The notes below the pieces were generated by a model. The model worked only from the letters and a program-made list of their open reading frames with translations. It was not told where the DNA came from and ran no database searches. This document shows positions 10,553-22,094 of a DNA stretch of 64,000 nt, one piece after another. Origin of the DNA: Cyanidioschyzon merolae (Eukaryota). Location: the NCBI GenBank assembly GCA_000091205.1, contig AP006491.2. One strand, given 5' to 3'. The position numbers and the translations under genes were made by a program. Within the stretch, counting starts at the first letter, position 1, and the number at the start of each line of letters is the position of its first letter.

Positions 10553-12131
10553 CGTTTAGGGCAAGCGAGCAACCTAACCAGCTTATGAGACGTCCCAGAG
10601 CAACTTTTCCGTTCAAACGCTTGTCACCTGAGCACTTCCCCGATGAACTATGGGCACACAGTCAATTTAGACGATCCTGAACACAACGTCAGTCCCGAAC
10701 ATGCACCTGCACTCATTCGGCGCACGCAGGCAACGCACCGACTCCTGTCGTCACGCTGGCAGCGCTGGCGCCGCCTTTCGGGCGCGCGCTGCGGCGATTG
10801 CGTGCGGCTGTCGATGATGCGTGACAGCGCATTCGTGGCGTGGCACGACGCGCGGGAACATTCGCACATTCACCACCACAAACGCACACACGCATATCCC
10901 GTATGCATGCCACACACGTCTTGCTATTTTGGAAGACTGCAGAAGGCAGGCAGCGTGCCTCATATGCCGGCACGAAACCGGTGATCAGCAACGAGACGTC
11001 AACGCTCCCGCAGACGTTTTTCTCGCATGAATACCAGTCCAGTGGCACTCTGGGGACAAAGTGCTTGAGCGATCAGATGGCGTCCCTGGTGCCGAGTCTC
11101 CGGCAGATGCCGCACCGAGCCAGGGCCGCGCTCCTCTGCCTGCGCAGGTGACGGATCGAGGCATGCCGGGCAAGTCCGCCGTCGACGCCGCAGGAACATG
11201 AACAGGCGATGCCGAGCGCGTCCATCAGATTTTTTGTGGCGGATGACTGAAGAACCTGATGAAAACTCCCCGGATGCGCGTGCGCTACAAGCGATCAGGG
11301 CAGAGACCGCATCACCTCAAGGGATGCGATGAGGCGCTATGAGTCCCAGAATGGTGCGCTCCTCAGGCGTATCGGCTTGATGGGTCGTGTGTAATCTCCC
11401 GGATACCGAGGATGCCTCACAGGTATGCTGTGGTGCCCCAACTGTCGCCCTGCAGCGACAGATGGGCATTCCGATTCGTGTCCAGGCGTCGTTTCATGGG
11501 CAGGTGGCCAGGTGCGTATGCAGGAGCACGGCGACTATTACGTGCAGCGGGCACCGAGGACCACTGGAATGATCGCGCTTGCTTGCGTGGCGCGTATCAG
11601 AGGACGGGCGCGAGTCTTCTGGTATAGACCTGATCCAGAGGTAACGATTATTCCACACGAATGAACCTGGACTAGATGCACTGCGTAACAACCGTCCGCT
11701 TACGGGCTCTGTGCACACTTTCGTCCATCGTTGCATACCGGAACAGCAGAACAGTAGTGTCCGAAATCATCCATGTTTCGAAGCCGCTGCACGCAGAACT
11801 GAATGACTCGAGACTGTGCCGCCGGAACGCCCCTTCAAGCGCAGCATTGCCATACGAGTGCACCGGTGTACGTCAAGCGCGCTGTGCCCCCGCGTCTCTC
11901 TCCATTCCATGAGGACAGAACGACAACATCCCGAAATCGTCCTTGCCCTAGTAGAGAGGCCGCGCGAACAAGCGGATCATGCCGCTGCACCTGAGGCGCC
12001 GACACATGCAACCAGCAGCAGGGGCAGCAGTGTGGCGAAGGCAGTACGCGATCACCGGCATGGATCCTCCTCCAGACGCCGACGCCCAAAGCGCTGCCCT
12101 TAAATTAGGGCGGATCCGGCCTCTAAGGCCA

Positions 12132-12914
12132 ATGTGGTTGCGAACGTTTACCGCAGCGCGTTTTCGCAACGCGAACGCACGAGCGACGGGCCTGCTTCAC
12201 CACAGCCGGCTACGAGTCCGACATCGGCTGCATATGTCTGGGGCTGGCCAACCGATACCACTTGTGGCGGTGCTGGCGTTCGACCGCCCGGACGCTCGCG
12301 AGTTGCGTCGCGCGAACCGCACTGCACACTTGGAGTGGGCGACGCAGCAGCCGTGGATACGGCTCGGTGGCCCTTTGAGTGACACTAGCGCCACGGAACG
12401 CGAAAAAGAAAAAGTCATAGGCTCCTTCCTTGGTTTACAGACGGGATTTGTGGAACATCTCAAACAAGATCCATACACACAAGTTGGTCTCTTCGAACGA
12501 AGCGAGCGTTACGTGTGGCGCGTTTCCGTCGGCTCTCTTGCCAGTTTCCCACCAGACGCTGTGGAGCTCTCGCCACGTCATCAGGACAGATTTTATCTTA
12601 TCTGGGGTGTTGATAAGCCCGGTGCCCTCGAACGCCGGCTCGCTCAACGCGAAAAGCATCTAGCTTGGCTCCGAGCCAGCGAAACGCGCTGTGTGATTGC
12701 CGGTGCCGTTTTCGAGGAGGCACCTCCCAGTGGCGACGCGGCAAGTGCAAGTAAGCCACGAGGAACGATTTTAATTGTTCGGGGCTTTAACGATGTGCAT
12801 GAGTTGCGTTCATGGCTCGCAGGGGATCCGTACCAAGAGAGCAACGTCTTCGAGCACATCCATATTTTCGGGTTCCAGCCGATTATTTGTCGCGTTGATT
12901 CAAATTCGCCGTGA
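12132..12914 (+). CDS. Tandem YciI-like (Dabb/DGPF) domain protein with a putative transit peptide. The ORF extends upstream to 11979. The alternative start Met is at 12234.
   Basis: Two repeats of the YciI pattern. The first contains HLEWAT..RLGGPL...DPYTQVGLFE and the second contains HLAWL...GDPYQESNVFEHIHIFGFQP. The N-terminus is MWLRTFTAARFRNANARATG, R-rich with an early Phe. Confidence 0.6.
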   Translation: MWLRTFTAARFRNANARATGLLHHSRLRVRHRLHMSGAGQPIPLVAVLAFDRPDARELRRANRTAHLEWATQQPWIRLGGPLSDTSATEREKEKVIGSFLGLQTGFVEHLKQDPYTQVGLFERSERYVWRVSVGSLASFPPDAVELSPRHQDRFYLIWGVDKPGALERRLAQREKHLAWLRASETRCVIAGAVFEEAPPSGDAASASKPRGTILIVRGFNDVHELRSWLAGDPYQESNVFEHIHIFGFQPIICRVDSNSP

Positions 12915-14020
12915 ATGGAAGCGGATGCCGAAGCACAGGATATACAAGCTGCATGCGTTCTTGCACCAGCACCGGCACCGTTCGAAGGCGGCAGGCGACG
13001 CCGAGGCACGCGCTTCCATGGCAGCTTCGAATGCGTGCCGGACACGCGACGCTCGTGCATGCACCTATGGCGGGCATTCCACGGACCAGGCTCGCTGCGC
13101 TGCACAAGCAGACACCTGGGGGATAGACAGCTGTCGTGGGAACGTCGTATTGGCGCCTTGGTACGTCATGTCGCTTGGATGCACCAGAAAACGCCCACTC
13201 GTACGGTGCGTCACAGCCGAAAATTGCAGGACACGCACGGAGACTTGTTGCTGTTCCCGCTTTGATGAAGTAGCGGGAGGAAGCGCGCATTGCGTTGGAT
13301 TTGAGCTCTGCGTAGGCGGTGCCAAATGGATCTACTGGTTCAGTGGTGACGCGCGCTGTAGTTACGTGCGAGGCGCTCGAATTAAGACTCTAGCGCAACA
13401 TTCGCGGATAGTCGAAACGTATACAAGTCTCTAGGCGGTGTATATAAAGAAGAGCATTCCAGCCGTAAAACACGCGCTCAGATACAGTGCGCAACACGTC
13501 TACTCCAGCTAGTCGACTGCGTTTGCAACTCTCAATGGACGTTATCGCGTGTGCGCGCGTTCCCTAGGGCTGGACTCGAAGCGACGCTCTCTCGCTCTTG
13601 TTCGACGAGGAGAGGTATCGGTATTGATCAAGAAACACGTAAACATAGCGCCGCTCTGCAGTCTGCGGCGTTGTGGTACATCCAACGTTCGTGTGATTCG
13701 CACCCGGTTCTTCCAACGCAGACATAAATAACCCTCGATGCCGCCGTCGTTCTGTACCAGCTTGCTCAAGCATCCATCTGTTGATCAAGGACACGCGTGA
13801 GGCATCGAGGCGATTCTGCAATCCACATACGCAGGTGCCTCGCTCGATAACATCCGGAGCATCGACGGACACTGTGCTATATTCCATGGAGAGCCACTGC
13901 TAGGCAGGACACCTGGAACGCCTCTCCCAGGATCCCAAGTCAGATGCAGCGTGAGCGCTCCACAATGCCCAAGCGCAGCTTCCAATGAAGCATCGGTGAT
14001 CACGCGCTCTAGGCCATGAA

Positions 14021-14677
14021 CTAGATATTAGCCAGCGCCTCGTCACTGGGAGTTGGTCGTTTGAGCATCGGCCTCGTGAGCACAACAGCAGCGCCGACCA
14101 TAGCTCCAAGTGAATTCGCAAGCACATCCGCAAGCTCGAACCGGCGACGCACAAAGGGAATCAACGCTTGCAGTGTTTCAACTGCCAAACCTAGAAGAAC
14201 TGAAACAGCAACACTACGCCAAAATAGTGTCCATAGCGAAAGCTTCGTTCGGGTGGCGCTCGCGGAGACACGGTCAGCCGCTGCGGGCAACCGCTTCCAG
14301 TTGCCGCAAGTGCCGACCGTGCCCGCCTCAAGCTCCAGACCAGGCTCGATGTGAGCCGGCGCGAACCGCTCGCGGCCAACTTGGTAAGACTCACAAAGTT
14401 GTGTCGTCGTCAGCTCGGAACCTCGGGACTCAGAGGTGCTCGAAACGTCGTCCAGGAACACCGGTCGCTGCCAAGACAGCAAAGCTACGAGTGCGGCGAC
14501 CACAGCGTATGCCAGAAAGTGGAGTTGGAGGTCCACACGCCACGGCCAGTGCTGCAACAGTCCCTGCGCTGTAAACGAAGTAGGGCACAACGAGCCACCA
14601 ACCACTAAAAAAGTCCAACACGCGAGGCCAAAGCTCAGCCACCGGAGGCGCCGGGCGTCCATGGCTGCAGCGAGCAC
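14021..14677 (-). CDS. VanZ-like small membrane protein
   Basis: 218-aa ORF with about 4 hydrophobic helices. The C-terminal motif ETLQALIPFVRRRFELADVLANSLGAMVG resembles the VanZ family signature. Assignment is from memory of the family, not a search. Confidence 0.45.
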   Translation of the reverse strand: MLAAAMDARRLRWLSFGLACWTFLVVGGSLCPTSFTAQGLLQHWPWRVDLQLHFLAYAVVAALVALLSWQRPVFLDDVSSTSESRGSELTTTQLCESYQVGRERFAPAHIEPGLELEAGTVGTCGNWKRLPAAADRVSASATRTKLSLWTLFWRSVAVSVLLGLAVETLQALIPFVRRRFELADVLANSLGAMVGAAVVLTRPMLKRPTPSDEALANI

Positions 14678-15870
14678 TGTGGCCCCGCCAGTTCTGGACG
14701 AGATGTTGGCTCTGCGCTTCGTCTACGAAGCACATGAGCCTGACGCTGTGTTGCGCATTCAGAGGGCCGGCTTGCGCGTCTTCAGAGTACTGCTTCCCGG
14801 ACGCCGTTGCTCAGGAGCAGCTGGAACTTTTGCTGCGCTATCGGCGACCTTGTGATAGACGCAGCGTGCAGCCATTGCATCCCGGTTCGGTGTGCTGACG
14901 CTAGGCACTCGACACCCAGAGGATCGCACAAGCGAACCAGTGCTATGATCTCCAGAGGTAAGTTTGTGTGATGGTGAAAGTGATGGTGATGATGGTTTTG
15001 GTTGTTGCCCAAGGACCCTGGAGGTCTGTTGCTGAACGTTGGACGTTCTCTCGGATGCAGGTAACCCGCTTGCAATTGAGAATCCCCGATACCTGTTTAA
15101 ACGATCCGACATCCGAAAAACTATCGTCCGCAGCGCTGCCCCTCTGAGACGGTCATTGATGGATCACGCAGATCTTCCAGTCAGAAGCGCAGCTTCTCGG
15201 TCGGTGCTGAGAGTGAAGCATCTATCGCGTATGTGTCTTCATGGAAAAAGCGACGCACTCCTGTCTCTTCGCACATGCTCACGGTCACGCGTTGCTGCGG
15301 AATATGCACCAGTTGACCGCACCGCCTGATCAGCGCCTGAGGCGAACATGAGAACGTGCTGCGCAGCGCATGTGCGGCCCCGAAACGATTCCTCTCTAGC
15401 GCTCGATCCACTGATGGAATGAAGGTCGCGTCCGAGACTCCGCCACCGCGACGAAGCGATGCTACCAAGATGACGCATCTGATGATGCTGAGCGGTGAAC
15501 GGGTTCTCGCCTGCGTCCATGCGTGCGTGCGTCCTCGTATAGCGCCCCAGTTTTCCATACTGGACGGTAACGTGGCATTTACTGATCGCTTCGCACACAG
15601 GCAGTGTCAATGTGCACACGAACGCGTGTATGAGCATCGACTCTGGGGCGCGCTACTCTTCTGGCTCGCGACCACGTCCAGGCCGGTAACCGGGCACGCA
15701 CACCGGTCTTCCATATAGCGCTTTTCCGAATTCCGTAAACACTTTTCCAGAAGGTTTCCCTTGCCGCTGTTTGTCCCAACGCATGGCTGAAGCTTTGAAG
15801 CGCCCGGAGCTCATCAGATGAGCGCAGGCGTGGAAGCGAGCGCGACTCGATCGCGATGCACGGCGTCTCC

Positions 15871-16170
15871 CTCGAGTCGGCGCCCTCTGTGTGGTATAGA
15901 AAAGCCGTTCTAGCTCTATGAACTATCTGCTCCAGCGGTTCAGGCGCAAAGGCGGAGACGGAACTGCAGGTTCTAGGCACACACGATAGGTCGTATGAAC
16001 CGACCAGAATATCCTAGAAGAAGTATAGGTCGTGTAACTTGGAGGTAGGGTGTTTCATGGATACTTCACCGTGCACTGAAAAAAACACAAAAAGAAAGGA
16101 AAAAGCGCACAATCGGAGAACGCTGGCACAAGTAAACGTCTTGTCCATGAAAAAACAAGAAGAAAAAAAT
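15871..16170 (+). repeat. SINE-like dispersed repeat, near full-length copy in sense orientation. The head is ctcgagtcggcgccctctgtgtggtatag and the A-rich tail is gaaaaaacaagaagaaaaaaa. It is flanked by an imperfect ~12-bp direct repeat.
   Basis: Reverse-complement homology to 49335-49640 along the whole length. Flank cacggcgtctcc (15859-15870) matches catggcgtctgc (16172-16183) at 10 of 12 positions. Confidence 0.65.
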
Positions 16171-16503
16171 GCATGGCGTCTGCGCGAACAGCCGCTGCGG
16201 AGCAGCGTACCCGCCACGTCAACCGATATTGAACGAGGTGTTGGAGTCTCGAATGCCTGGGAGCGTGCCCCTACTCAGGTGCTTATCTATTAAATAAACG
16301 TCGCTGGAGCTATCGAATATTGGAGCGAGGTGCTCGCTATACTTGCTTGTGAATCGAACCGGCGAAGCGGGCGCTTTGCTCGGAGGTTCTCGCGAGGTCG
16401 GGTGGGCCGCTACCTCTGCCACAGGCATCGGCAGGTGCAGCGCACCGTGCACGTGGTGCCTCTTGGAGACGCGGCCCGCGTAGCGCTGGCCTTCTCGTCG
16501 CCG

Positions 16504-16535
16504 GTGTGTGTGTGTGTGTTTGTGTGTGTGTGTGA
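16504..16535. repeat. (GT)n microsatellite
   Basis: gtgtgtgtgtgtgtgtttgtgtgtgtgtgtg, seen directly. Confidence 0.95.
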
Positions 16536-17058
16536 GAGGACTATGGGGCTTTTGCGAGACCTCTACGGGACGCCGTTTCCGCTCTACCTAGCCGCCTTCA
16601 CTGCGGTATTTCTGGTTCAGCTCCGTGCAGCTCGTCTTGATTTGAATCTCGTGCGCCAACGGCTTCGACAAAGGTTTTCGGAAACCGCGCGAAATCTCGG
16701 CTCGGCAACGACCGGAGCCTCCGTATCAACAACGGCTACTCCGACCGAGGCGGGCGCGTCGGTGAGAAACCCTCCACAAGCGTCGCCGGCGTCACAGTCG
16801 AAAAAGTCTGGCTCACGTACAGCGGGACAGTTCGGACGAGTTGAATAGCCTCAGCGCCGAGAAACTCGGCCTATGCGAGATGGAACCATAGGCCGCATAA
16901 CACGCCTCATCGCACATTCTCGTGAACAAGTCGGGTACAGCGCGGCTCATTTGACTGAAAGACGGATGCATTTACTCCGGTTACAGCCGGGTTGACGTAC
17001 GCTCGGAACCAAGGCTCGCATTGGAGGTTGTTTTTTTCAACCTTGCGCCCTGGATGCA

Positions 17059-17937
17059 TCACCGAATAGCTTCGAGAACCTTGCTGAAATAGAAGCGCGT
17101 CGCCGTGAATGCCGACGACTGCACCCGCCAACCGTTGCGTTCTAGGGTCTCGCGAATTTCCTTCTCTGAATGTAAGTAAGCTCGAGTCGCCTTACTGGGA
17201 CCGGGGAAAAAGTCCCCAATGCGTTTCAGCAGCACGTAGTAAAGCGTTCGGGGTGCAAACGAAAGAATCAAGCGCTGCCGGGCGATTTTCGACAAGTGGT
17301 CGATCATGTCCGCAGCCTGCGCTGTAGGATAGTGGATCAGGACGTCTATGCAGCACACAGTATCGAAGCGCTCAGTTTCGGGGATGGACTCGAGGTCTGC
17401 GGTGCGAAACGCACAACGAGCAAACTGGTCAGCGGTGAGCAGCTGCTCTGCCCGCGTACGCGCCTCTGTAGTCATGGCAGTCGAGATGTCGCATGCCAGG
17501 AGATACCTGGGGTTGCGCTGCGCGATAGGAATGGCCAGAGAGCCGACCCCGCAACCAACGTCCAGAACAGTGTGTGTAGCCCAGTCCACGGAGGCTGCAT
17601 CAAGCATACCCAGTACCTTGTGTACGGTTTCCGCGTGCCCTAACCGGATGTCACGCTGAACGCGGTTTACCTGTTCGGAATCGGAGTAAATTCGACGCCA
17701 GCGCTCGAATCCAGTGGTGTTAAAGTAGTCCGTAACAACTTGTTTGTCATCAAGCTTTCGACAAAGCAGCCTAGGACGCGGAGCGCTTCTTGCTACTCGT
17801 CGCCCGTGCACTGAAACTCTCCGAGCGCCAAACGGGGCGCAACCTAGCGGTGAGCAGCGCACTGGGGGTTCGCGTTCACCCGAAGGATTCTGTTTCGCTA
17901 ACGCGCTACGGACAGCAGACGCCTGAATGATGAACAT
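17059..17937 (-). CDS. chlM: Mg-protoporphyrin IX methyltransferase (ChlM) with N-terminal transit-peptide-like extension
   Basis: YFNTTGFERWRRIY motif. SAM motif I is VLDVGCGVGSLAIPIA. The C-terminal Mg-por_mtran_C-like region is present. The N-terminus MFIIQASAVRSALAK is Ser/Arg-rich. Confidence 0.85.
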   Translation of the reverse strand: MFIIQASAVRSALAKQNPSGEREPPVRCSPLGCAPFGARRVSVHGRRVARSAPRPRLLCRKLDDKQVVTDYFNTTGFERWRRIYSDSEQVNRVQRDIRLGHAETVHKVLGMLDAASVDWATHTVLDVGCGVGSLAIPIAQRNPRYLLACDISTAMTTEARTRAEQLLTADQFARCAFRTADLESIPETERFDTVCCIDVLIHYPTAQAADMIDHLSKIARQRLILSFAPRTLYYVLLKRIGDFFPGPSKATRAYLHSEKEIRETLERNGWRVQSSAFTATRFYFSKVLEAIR

Positions 17938-19556
17938 GGAATCCCCAGGCGCTTCTACCGAAGATCGCTTACAACGATAGCAAGAGACGTCTGCGTTGCC
18001 TATATCGTGGAAACCTCGTCCGTGGATACCCCTATGAGTAAGGGATTGGCGACGGAGCTGGGATTGTCTGTCTTACACCAGCGGCGGCATCGCCCGGCGA
18101 GTACCGCTATCGACGCGACGCTGGGATACGGCAAGAGCGCAGCAGATGCTTTCGCTTCTGCAGGGTGCCGCTTCTGGAATGCCGTAGATAGTCACTGGCA
18201 ACGAGACCGGGTAGAGGTAGCGGTGGCGCGATTTCCAGCTGTATACGGGTTGCTTGGAAACTTCCGGGGGAGTCTGGAACGGTTTAGAGATCCTCAAGCC
18301 CGAAACCTATGGACGTGGTGCTCGGCGGCGATCGGTGTCTGCGCTGCTGCCTGACGCTGCAGAGACCGCAAGGGAGCTCGCGTATCCGGTCTTCTTCCGT
18401 TCTCCAGTGCGACCGGGTTTGAAAAGCGTGACACGTGAACTCTCGGGGTTACACTATTGCCCTCGAACGTAAAGTTTTCTCAGGAGAGTGGCCTCGGAAC
18501 CCCATGAGGCTGGATTGTGGCATGATAATCTCGTCATTTATATCGAGTAATAGTACAGTATTCTCGTTCACCCTTTCCCCAGGAAAACCTTTCCAGTTGT
18601 ATCTGAACCCCGCCCGAGTCTCGTTGCATGGCCCAGCCCATACCATTGCAGTATCGTGCTGCGGGACGTCATGCAACTCTGTGGCTCCAGGCCACTGATT
18701 TCTTCATCGCAAGCCTTTTGCGTTGCAGCACACTGCCCATACGGTGTACGGAACGATTCCCGGGGAAGTTCGCTCCACACAGCGCCGCTAGACGCTGCCC
18801 ATGCGCGAGGACTATATCGTAAGATCGATTCTCTTTGCTGTCGATGTCAGGCGCACACATACACACACCAGACCGACTTGCCCACAGCGCCGCACAGTGT
18901 CGCGTCCATAAGCGCGCCGCCGCTGCTACTCGAATACTGGACCAGCACCAGCAGCAAATCAAATGCCTTTACGTTGACTAGGTGAACACATAGGGTCGAT
19001 CCATTTGCACACGCGCAATATCCTTTGCCAGAGATTCGTGCCTATGATACAGGAAGGTTGACGGCTTTGGCCCGAGGAGGTCGCCTGTGGAACATCGGCC
19101 TGGTTCCCGCTTTCTGCTTATCGACGACGTTAGCACGACCGCCTTGCAGGATGCTCTCGAATGCGGCACCGTCCCCGTAGATCCGCATGGTACGAGACGC
19201 ACTCGGCGATATTGAAATGAGTCTGCATGGGGTTGCCCGCGCACACGCAGTGGCAGCACGTCTGATGCCGTGTAGCCAATTGCTGCCGCTGTAGACGAAG
19301 GCGCTGGAGCAGCGCCAAACAGACCCGCAACCCCTTGGCGGCCGAGAGCGGACGGCATGATCAGCTGTGTTGGGGTTGCTCGGCGCGGTTCGGCATCATC
19401 CCCCGAGGCAAGCCTCCGACGTGATTCCCTGTGCAGTGGCGGTCATTACATCATTCGACGCCGACGGGCGGGCGTATGGCAACTCGAAGCAGAAGGCAAC
19501 GAGGCTCCCACCCGTGTCGCTGTGACGTTTGTTAAATGGTGTGCGCATAGGCATCT

Positions 19557-21611
19557 CTACGAAGGTGGCGCTGCCGCAGACTTGAGATTTGGATCCTTCT
19601 TGATAAGCTCTTCTGCCTCGCGTTGCTCCCGTGCCATCGCCTCGGTGAACTGCCGATCCAAGCTACGAGCCGCAGCCAGCCACATGATGATGATGGATGC
19701 GAGAAAGACCGCGAGGAATGGCGTGCTGGCGGCCAAGGATCCAGTAGCGAAAATAAGGGCTTGCTGGATGAATGAGCCTCCCGACTTGCCCAGCGGGTTC
19801 CCGATCACATCGATGGCAGCTTTGCCCTTGCTCTTCGACTCTGCATCCAGTGGGATATACGCCATCTCCTTGCAAGGATCAAACAGGGAATACTTGCTGC
19901 CCTTTGAAGCGATGTTCTGCGCCGCACCGATGAGTACCGCCAGGAAGAGAGGCGTCGTGCCGAGCGCGGCAACGACTGGGCTCAGCTGCTTTGCGAATAG
20001 GGTTAGCGCAAAGAACATCATGCCCGTGATGCCTAGCGTAATCGGAGTGATCATTGCAGCCACGCCCCATCCGAAGCGGCGGAAGATGATACGGCTTGCC
20101 AACATCATGATAATGGTGAACGAGCCCGTGCAAGTCGAGAACCAGCCCATGAAGGTCGAATATGCGTTCGGGTCTGGATACTGCTCACGGAGCTTGCTCT
20201 TCCACGAGACCTCCACAATATTGATGGACATGCCGTACGCGATCACCAGAAGGGCCAAGTTGCGAATATACGGCGACGCGGCCAGAAACTTGGCTGACTC
20301 GACAAGACCCAGCTTGGTTTTCGTCTTGGCTTTCTTCTGACGCGCCGGATCGACCAATGTCGGATCCGTCATTACTTTGCGCTGCATGTAGTAGAAAACT
20401 CCCACGATGATTGATCCGCATACCGCCACTGCCCCCATTAAATAGCGCAAGCTCACGAGCCATCCGTCAACACCGGGCGGCAGATGTTGACGTATATCCG
20501 ATACGAAACGAACGTACTGACCCGAAAAGATCAGCGCAACGTTAGCCATCAGACCAAACACAGGGTACCACTTCTTCGCCTCGTCTACGGTGGTCACCTC
20601 ATTCGCAAATCCCCAGAACAAGAGCGAAACCACCACGGAACCCCAAAGCTCCGCGAGCGTATAGAACACTGCGGATGTCCAGTGCCCGATAATCGCCAGC
20701 GGAGGCGCGAATGTCGGTGGCAAATACTGCAGCGCCCAGCTCACAAACCCGCTAGGGTGCAAAAACGCCCTATTGGGATAAAGAAACCACGCATAGCTCA
20801 AGAAGAAAAGGAGGAAAGGCGCTATGCAGATGTAGAAAACAGTCTCCCGAGAGAACACATTCGTGAGCTTCGAGTACAAAATCGTAAACAGCACTGCACC
20901 GGGCAAGTTCGCATAGGTCTTCAAAAAGGGAATAATCTCTGCACCGGCCGCAGTTACAACCAGCACGTCCTTTGTATCACGCAGGATAGTGTAGTTGAAG
21001 AGAATGAGGAAGAACATAAGACCAAGGGGTATGATTTTGCGCAGCTCCCGGCTCGGCGGTGCAGGCGAGCTACTCCCGTTCGTACCGACCATGCCGTCAC
21101 CGTTCGTGCCGTACGCACTCGAGCCTGCTGCGGAAGCATCGGCCTTCAGAACGAGGCCCTCTTTTGCCTGGTCCTCTGGCTTCTGCAACCCATCCTTCTT
21201 TTGGGAACCCTTCTGCCACGAAGCCAGCAGCGCCGCTACCCCACCAAGCGCCAAGCCTACCAGTGCGCCAAGCGGCGTACCCCAGAGACGTGATGCCGGC
21301 GCCGCCGCTGCCGCCGCTGTCGCAAGTTGCGGCTGCTGAATAGACTTTTCAACTTTGGCCTCGCGATTCTGGACGATGCCAGTGCGTGGCACCACAACAA
21401 TCTGCGTCGATGTCGAGGCGGCGTTCTCTGCACCCGTGCCTGTACCTGCGCCAACACCCTCAGAGACTGCCACCAGTACGTGCCCAACGCGGGTTTTGGA
21501 ACGGTTGCGGGTACAGCTTCCGCGCTGCACACCAAGAAACCCCCTGTTCCGATAAGTCCCTCGAGGAAGAGACTGAAACGCTCTGAATGTCGTTGTGAAA
21601 CCAAGCATCAT
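19557..21611 (-). CDS. NTT: Plastid-type ATP/ADP (nucleotide) translocase, TLC/NTT family, with ~190-aa N-terminal presequence/linker
   Basis: IIPLGLMFFLILFNYTILRDTKDVLVVTAAGAEIIPFLKTY and 11-12 predicted TM helices, typical of the TLC family. The N-terminus MMLGFTTTFRAF has no signal peptide and contains Phe. The antisense ORFs 19357-20340 and 20484-21293 are treated as spurious. Confidence 0.9.
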   Translation of the reverse strand: MMLGFTTTFRAFQSLPRGTYRNRGFLGVQRGSCTRNRSKTRVGHVLVAVSEGVGAGTGTGAENAASTSTQIVVVPRTGIVQNREAKVEKSIQQPQLATAAAAAAPASRLWGTPLGALVGLALGGVAALLASWQKGSQKKDGLQKPEDQAKEGLVLKADASAAGSSAYGTNGDGMVGTNGSSSPAPPSRELRKIIPLGLMFFLILFNYTILRDTKDVLVVTAAGAEIIPFLKTYANLPGAVLFTILYSKLTNVFSRETVFYICIAPFLLFFLSYAWFLYPNRAFLHPSGFVSWALQYLPPTFAPPLAIIGHWTSAVFYTLAELWGSVVVSLLFWGFANEVTTVDEAKKWYPVFGLMANVALIFSGQYVRFVSDIRQHLPPGVDGWLVSLRYLMGAVAVCGSIIVGVFYYMQRKVMTDPTLVDPARQKKAKTKTKLGLVESAKFLAASPYIRNLALLVIAYGMSINIVEVSWKSKLREQYPDPNAYSTFMGWFSTCTGSFTIIMMLASRIIFRRFGWGVAAMITPITLGITGMMFFALTLFAKQLSPVVAALGTTPLFLAVLIGAAQNIASKGSKYSLFDPCKEMAYIPLDAESKSKGKAAIDVIGNPLGKSGGSFIQQALIFATGSLAASTPFLAVFLASIIIMWLAAARSLDRQFTEAMAREQREAEELIKKDPNLKSAAAPPS

Positions 21612-22094
21612 AGCGACCTCTATAACGATTGAACTTGTTCGACGTGCGTGTATGTCCTACAACAACCCGACACGCATTCGAATTCGCATACGCACGCATC
21701 CGGCGCACGCATGCACCGACGGTGATGAAACGCCATCGCGATGCGTGCGCAGCATGCGGCGGTGGTGGCGGTGGCGGTGCCGGTGGCGATGCCGGTGGCC
21801 AACTCCCGTACGTTGGGTCTGTAGGCGGCATCGCGATCGCCCTGCGATGCGGCTACGGCGGCGTCGGTACGCTTCCGCCGCGGCCCGATGCGCTACGAAA
21901 TCCGTTGACAGCGCGGTGACGTCGCGCGCGTCGAGCCTCGGATGCGGCGTTCTATCGCGTGTAGCGATGCTGCTGATTTTTTTCATTGACAAAACGCTTA
22001 ATTTGACCACGGGTCCTCGAATGAACGATGATCATTGACGACTAGGGTGATCGGCCATCGTAAAGCACCCTGCATCCGGGTTCCATCACCTGTT

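Noticed and set aside
13438-13450. tatataaag motif as a promoter
   Set aside because: It is not positioned upstream of any supported gene. YciI ends at 12914 and the VanZ promoter would lie beyond 14677. It is too weak to call a regulatory feature.
16543-16848. 101-aa ORF starting just after the (GT)n microsatellite (MGLLRDLYGTPFPLYLAAFTAVFLVQL..)
   Set aside because: It has a single hydrophobic stretch only, no motif and borderline length. It cannot be distinguished from chance ORFs in GC-rich DNA.
19357-21293. Long plus-strand ORFs (19357-20340, 327 aa; 20484-21293, 269 aa) antisense to the NTT gene
   Set aside because: They lie fully within the well-supported TLC transporter ORF on the other strand. 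Their composition is Arg/Ala/Pro-rich as expected for antisense frames of GC-rich coding DNA, and they have no recognisable motifs.
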